A stretch of 64,000 nucleotides of DNA from Trichoplax sp. H2 (Eukaryota): the NCBI GenBank assembly GCA_003344405.1, contig NOWV01000189.1:1-64000 (forward strand). The letters are read 5' to 3'. A model generated the notes under the pieces. It ran no database searches, was not told where the DNA came from, and saw only the letters and a list, made by a program, of their open reading frames with translations. Shown here one piece after another: positions 58,500-64,000 of this stretch (the first letter of the stretch is position 1; each line of letters starts with the position of its first letter). The position numbers were made by a program, and so were the translations under genes.

Positions 58500-61400
58500 G
58501 ACTGCTGATATATTAAATTCTGAATTCTATGTAATATATAGAAAAAGAATGATTATGAGTTAATTTCGCAAAGAAAACTTCGATATTTCCTAACAGAGAA
58601 AGATACAATCAATCTATACTGGTACATTTTCAAATTGTATTACCAGTTGCATTTGCTGGTGTTAACTACATCTACAAAGCCATGATCCGATAATACAGGT
58701 AATAAAAACTACAGCAAAATATGCTATGACAGATCTCCTAGTATTTACTGTATAAATTGTAAATAGGTGTAAATGTATTATAGTCGCTAAAGATTTAATT
58801 TCCATATCGAAAAAATTAATTTTTAAAAGCTGGCTTAAGTGAATAACTAGCAATTCAAAATTTAGATAGTAATGTTGAGAATTATATCAAAATATGAAAA
58901 AATTTCGCTACAATTAGTTGTGCCGTGAGATATTTAAAATCCTTTTGAGATAAGAAAACTTTAATATCTGTCAATTCGTTAAGCGCACAGAAGCCACATG
59001 ATTAATTGATGAGGTTAGGGGATTAGCAATTAGAAAAACGACGTAGCAACCCAAAGATTAAATTAGTAGAATGATTTTTATTCACAACTGAAAATTTACG
59101 TCCAGCATGAAATCAAGAAGAGTTTAGAAATTGCTAAAAAGGAATCAGCATGGATAATATAATAACGTATGAGTGAATTAAATCTATAAAATGATTGAGA
59201 AAATTTTTGAACCATCAGTCTAACTAATAATGGCGATTCTATATGTTACCATGAGATGAAATGTCTTGATTCTTAAGGTGAGTGGATTAAAAATCTAATG
59301 CGTAGGTAAATTTGGAATCACCAATCTAAATTATAACGGCCATTTCAAGGACTAAGATAGGCAATTGATATATAATGTCTTAATTATTAAGGATGTCTGT
59401 AATACCGGCAAGCAAATGAATACAGATGTCATAATTATAGACCATACCCACAATACCGGTCCTATATGAAAGAGGATGGCTATTTTTTCTCGATATCTTT
59501 CAAACTTCCGGTTAATATTACCTGGTGAAGATACTTAAGTTTTAAATGCTAGCTTCCGCTCCTGTCTGTACCATTATAAAGAATTGCTTGAATGTCAGTA
59601 CGGCAGTTATTGCGATTCTTTCAAATAAATTTGTAGCAGATATTAAAGGTGATAAGATGGTTACTTTCCCTGTCATTTCCTATTTCTAGCCAGTCACCTA
59701 TACAAGAGCCATTACACTCAGAATACTACTTACAATGCTTGTTAATTGCTCAATGGAGAATTGATATGCTGTCTTAAATTGTGACAGTAATGTTCGTGAA
59801 TTTGCTTCAATGAATGTTATGAACTTAAAATCGGGGGAAAATTAAGTTTATAATTAAGCTGATGTAAATTCCTAAGTAAAAACGTCGATATCTCTCTTAG
59901 CGATATTTAATCTTTACTAGAGAAAGATTACTTGATCATTCCATCCACAATTAACAACGAAATAAGAATATATTTTTGATTGATTTTGCGATTAAATTAA
60001 ATTATAATGATTGCAGATTTGAAAGTTGATTTCCGTATTGAAAAGCGTCAAGATTCACCCTAATGGTTGTGAATAAGAAGCAAGAAATGATTGTCGTTCT
60101 ATCCTGTTCAAGAATACGATTCCTAGATCTCTATAAGAAGGGCTGGCTATAACCTGTCATGAATTTGTATTGATTAGTTCAATGTCAAGGCGTGAAATAG
60201 GTGATATAATTTGACTATATACGTATTTCCATAGTATCCAAGATCAATATTTTGTTCAAGCTGATAAGAATTACTTTTCTAAATTAAATCTTTGATGCTA
60301 GATGCTAATTGTTAGTAGTTGTCAATTCAAGTACTGTCAAGAAAGATGGTAGCAGTGGCATTAATTTAGTCAAAAGCGGCGTAAAGATAGCTAAGGATAT
60401 TAGGAGGATCGACCAAAGCAGAAGGTATGAAATCGATTTCTATTTGTCACTCAGCAAGGTGTGAACTAGTAACTTAAATTCCGTAGAAATATTAGTTTGC
60501 TATAACACTCTTCAAAGGGAATAAATGCTAATTGTGATGGAAAACAATTTAATTAGTGCTATCCATTTTCCTGTAATTTCAAATAAATCCTTGTGATGGC
60601 AGCTGACCTTTTTAAGATTCATAGTAGTAAGAAAAATACCAGTAGATTTAGACAGATTAGCCCCGCTCCCCGGATTGGAAAAAACAAATTAGTCATGCCG
60701 TCAAGATAAAAGAAAAAACTCGTTCTAGTTAAAGTCTTATTAACTGTTGGTGTTTTTTACGCCTTTAAAGGATTTAAGACAATTGCTTATGTTGCATTAT
60801 AAGATGACTATCAATCATCACTTTTGGGATTATGAATAATGACATAAAGAGATATTACATTACTGTTTTGATCGAAACCTACATTAGGCAAGAGAAGGAG
60901 TGTTTAAAGAACAAGGAAATACTCTTCTTTAGCGGCGATTTAGAATGATTATAAATAATAATAGATAACTTACCTGATGGAGATATAAATTAATTTGAAG
61001 TTTGGAATAACTGAACAAGAACCACAATTTTAACTCAGTTAAACGATGAAAATAGATGGAAATTTCAAGACCAAAATTCTTTAATCAATTTAGATTAAAT
61101 GGGCTCTAGTACTACTTGAGTAGTAGAAATTAAGTCAAACTGATCGTAGATCAAACTTCTCCTCAATAGCGACCATCAACACTGCGGAGAAAGGAATCCA
61201 GAATAAATTAATCTAAGGAAAACGATGCAATTTAACCCTTTAAAGCTTATACCATTAATTAATTTATTAATTACATTTTAATAAGACTAATTTCTATTGG
61301 AGAAAGGAAAAGAAATAATGATTAAGAATAAACTTGCGACAAAATTAATGGAAAGATTTTAAGTATAGCTGAAAGACTGAAGTTTGACAAAGAACAGAAT

Positions 61401-62400
61401 GAACTCGTATAGAAAATTTTTAAAAAGAAAAATTTCAACCAATTCCAGTAAATAACATGAATTAATTGGATTAATGATAAAAAATACTATTATTACCATC
61501 ACTTTACGTATAAAACTTACCAATTTATGTATTAAAATAAAGGTATAGGAGTATAGAATTAATGTTTAAAGAAGTAGAATAACGATTTTGTGGTGAAGGT
61601 AAACGAGGAAGAAAAGAGGTAAGTTAGAAGAGAAGCTTCAATCGAGTTAATTTTGCCTTGTTGACCAATGGTAAATGATTTAATAATGATTAACATGTCT
61701 CACTTTAATAACATCTCCATGGTATAGATATTCATCGACGTCAATGTTAATGTCAATAAATTGTTGAACTTAGCCAATAATCATGCTGTGATGGATAATG
61801 AATTCAGCCCTAAGGGTTGCCAAGTCAATAAGCGAGTTAATTTTATTAATAACAATAATAAAAAATACAATATAATAACATGATTATCTTTCAATTAATC
61901 TATTTTAGAATGATTCCATTTTCTTCCGATCTCTAGGTTAGTTTGTTGGCGATAAAGTGATAGAACAGAACTTTTTATGTATCATTTTATTCAAAGGAAA
62001 GATAACAAAAACTCGAAGCAATGAATTTAAATTATCAACATGCCCTACTATTATTCTATTGAATTTATTTAATAGTATGCTCGTATTGATCATATCAATA
62101 AATGCATTCCATCATTTTGGAATAGCGGTAAAAATAAAAAGGGAAGGAGAGGCAATCCGTCCATCCAATCATTAATCTATTCTCTAACATTGATCGCTAT
62201 CGTTGAGTGAAGTTATCAATCTATAGGGACCTTTTAATTTCTAACTTATTAGAACTATTGCATTCAGTCCTCTCTCTATTTTAATAAAGCAAATTTAGCC
62301 TATGCATTATTTCCAATTACACTCAATTTTATTCCGATTTGATGAATAATATAAAACTTAAGACGATAAGTTACTTAATTGCAACCATCAGGCAATTAGT

Positions 62401-62540
62401 ATTTATAAATGGTAATCCCATCAAGTTTGTTAATTAATCGACTAGTTGTCTTTCTGAGCCTTAGGTCAAGCATTTTTAAATAGTAATCCCATCGAGTTTG
62501 TTAATTAATCGGGTTGATGTTTTTATGAGCCTAAAGTCGA
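62401..62540. repeat. Degenerate tandem duplication, ~71-bp period
   Basis: GTAATCCCATC(A/G)AGTTTGTTAATTAATCG...TGAGCCT occurs twice. Confidence 0.8.
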
Positions 62541-64000
62541 TTAAATGATATTATTTCTGTTTGGCAGGTAATTACAATCATTGATGACGAATTATCTTGA
62601 ACTATACTCAACTAATATTGATGTTTTAAATAAAATATAAGAAAGATAGCCAGTCATCTGTTGAATTATGATATCAATCTACCTACCAGTAAATATTCTA
62701 AATATTATTGGCAACAACGATAATAGACATAATAAATAGAAATGATGGAATATCCCTAGGACTATACGCATCTTCCATTGAGGTGATCAAGAGTTTAATA
62801 TTACTTATACGTAGTACAAATAGACGCCCTCTAATGATGACGTCTTCAAGGATGACAGCTACCCTTAAGCCATCATTTGCCTTACTTCTGTGTGCATGAG
62901 ATGATCAGAAAGTTTATTTAGTTGTATATTATTTTTACCTCTCATCCAGTTGGTAATTAATATCGACTAAGTAGTTTAGAATTCAATATATTGTCATCGA
63001 TATGTTTAAAAGTATTATTCAGCCATTGTCAAAAAAACAAATTAATTATGGATAGAATTGAAGTTAGCAGCGAGCTACTATAACATAATATACCGTGATA
63101 TTAATATATTCTACAGATTGATTTCATCCTATTTTCGTCGTCTTACATATCATTGTAGGATTGAAGCAGTCTTTAATCGCTAAAATAGTAACCTTCAAGA
63201 TAATCAATCTCATCATAATATCGTGTATCATGTAAAATCATAATGTACTATTAATTTATATGATTGAACTATCTCATAGATCGACTCATTCTTGAGGTAA
63301 TTAACAATTTTATTTAGTTGCTAATTGAATCTATTTTATGTTTATTATTCTCAGTATCATAAATAGAATGCTTAACGGTAGATTAAAGATAGTATGTGTT
63401 TTAGTAAAATTATACTATTCGAAATTATCAATTTTTAAACGAGTTATGACTTTCAATGCGTCCTATATCGCTAAATTATTTAATGAAGCCATTCCTTTTA
63501 CTGATTTATTATCGAGATAATGAAGATTCTAGTAGTTCTTATAATTTACTGCTTGGCTTAAAAACTAGGTTTCACTAAAATCATATTGTTCAAGCTACCA
63601 TAGTTAGAAATTTATTATCGAGGTAATTAAAGTCGTATTTATTCTATAGTATACTACGATATTAATGCATACTATTAGTTTTACCTCATATCTATTATTC
63701 TCAACCTCATAATAGGTTAAAAACAGCTTCCAATCTTCATAATACTGGCCTTCAAAATAATTAATTCAAATCCTAAAACATATCATCTATTTACTATCAA
63801 GCCATCACGAATATTAGCTAATTAATTCATTTATTACCAAGGTAATTTAGAGACATCAATTTTAAGTCATAGTAATGTATACCAGTGATTGTTTCATTAT
63901 CACAAATAATATACCCAACAAAAGGCTAATAGCAGTCTAGATATGCAAAATATCAAATTCTAACACAAATTGTAACATTACATTATATCATTAAAAGCAT

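Overview
AT-rich, intron-dense animal DNA. The gene content and style suggest a placozoan (Trichoplax/Hoilungia-like); this is an inference. Most ORF-track entries are spurious because the genes are split. Gene order: (1) a 5'-incomplete giant LRR-containing GPCR (+, at least 53 symmetric phase-2 LRR exons plus one hinge/7TM exon, 1425-24742); (2) TMEM104 (-); (3) a decayed mucin/FN3 fragment; (4) a gene invisible to the ORF track, with 22 coding exons over 9.2 kb, eight of them only 3 nt. It splices into an 85-aa secreted precursor: signal peptide, acidic propeptide, KRRR site, then a C-C-CC-C-C inhibitor-cystine-knot-like peptide; (5) an LTR-retrotransposon remnant; (6) NAT9 (+) with a tandem array of nonsense-carrying copies of its first exon; (7) ADAP1/centaurin-alpha (-); (8) a degenerate coding-like tail. 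Solo LTRs (one nested, with a TSD) and MITEs sit in introns. The standout is the microexon-encoded knottin/toxin-like gene at 38437-47609. All gene models were spliced by hand and need RNA confirmation.
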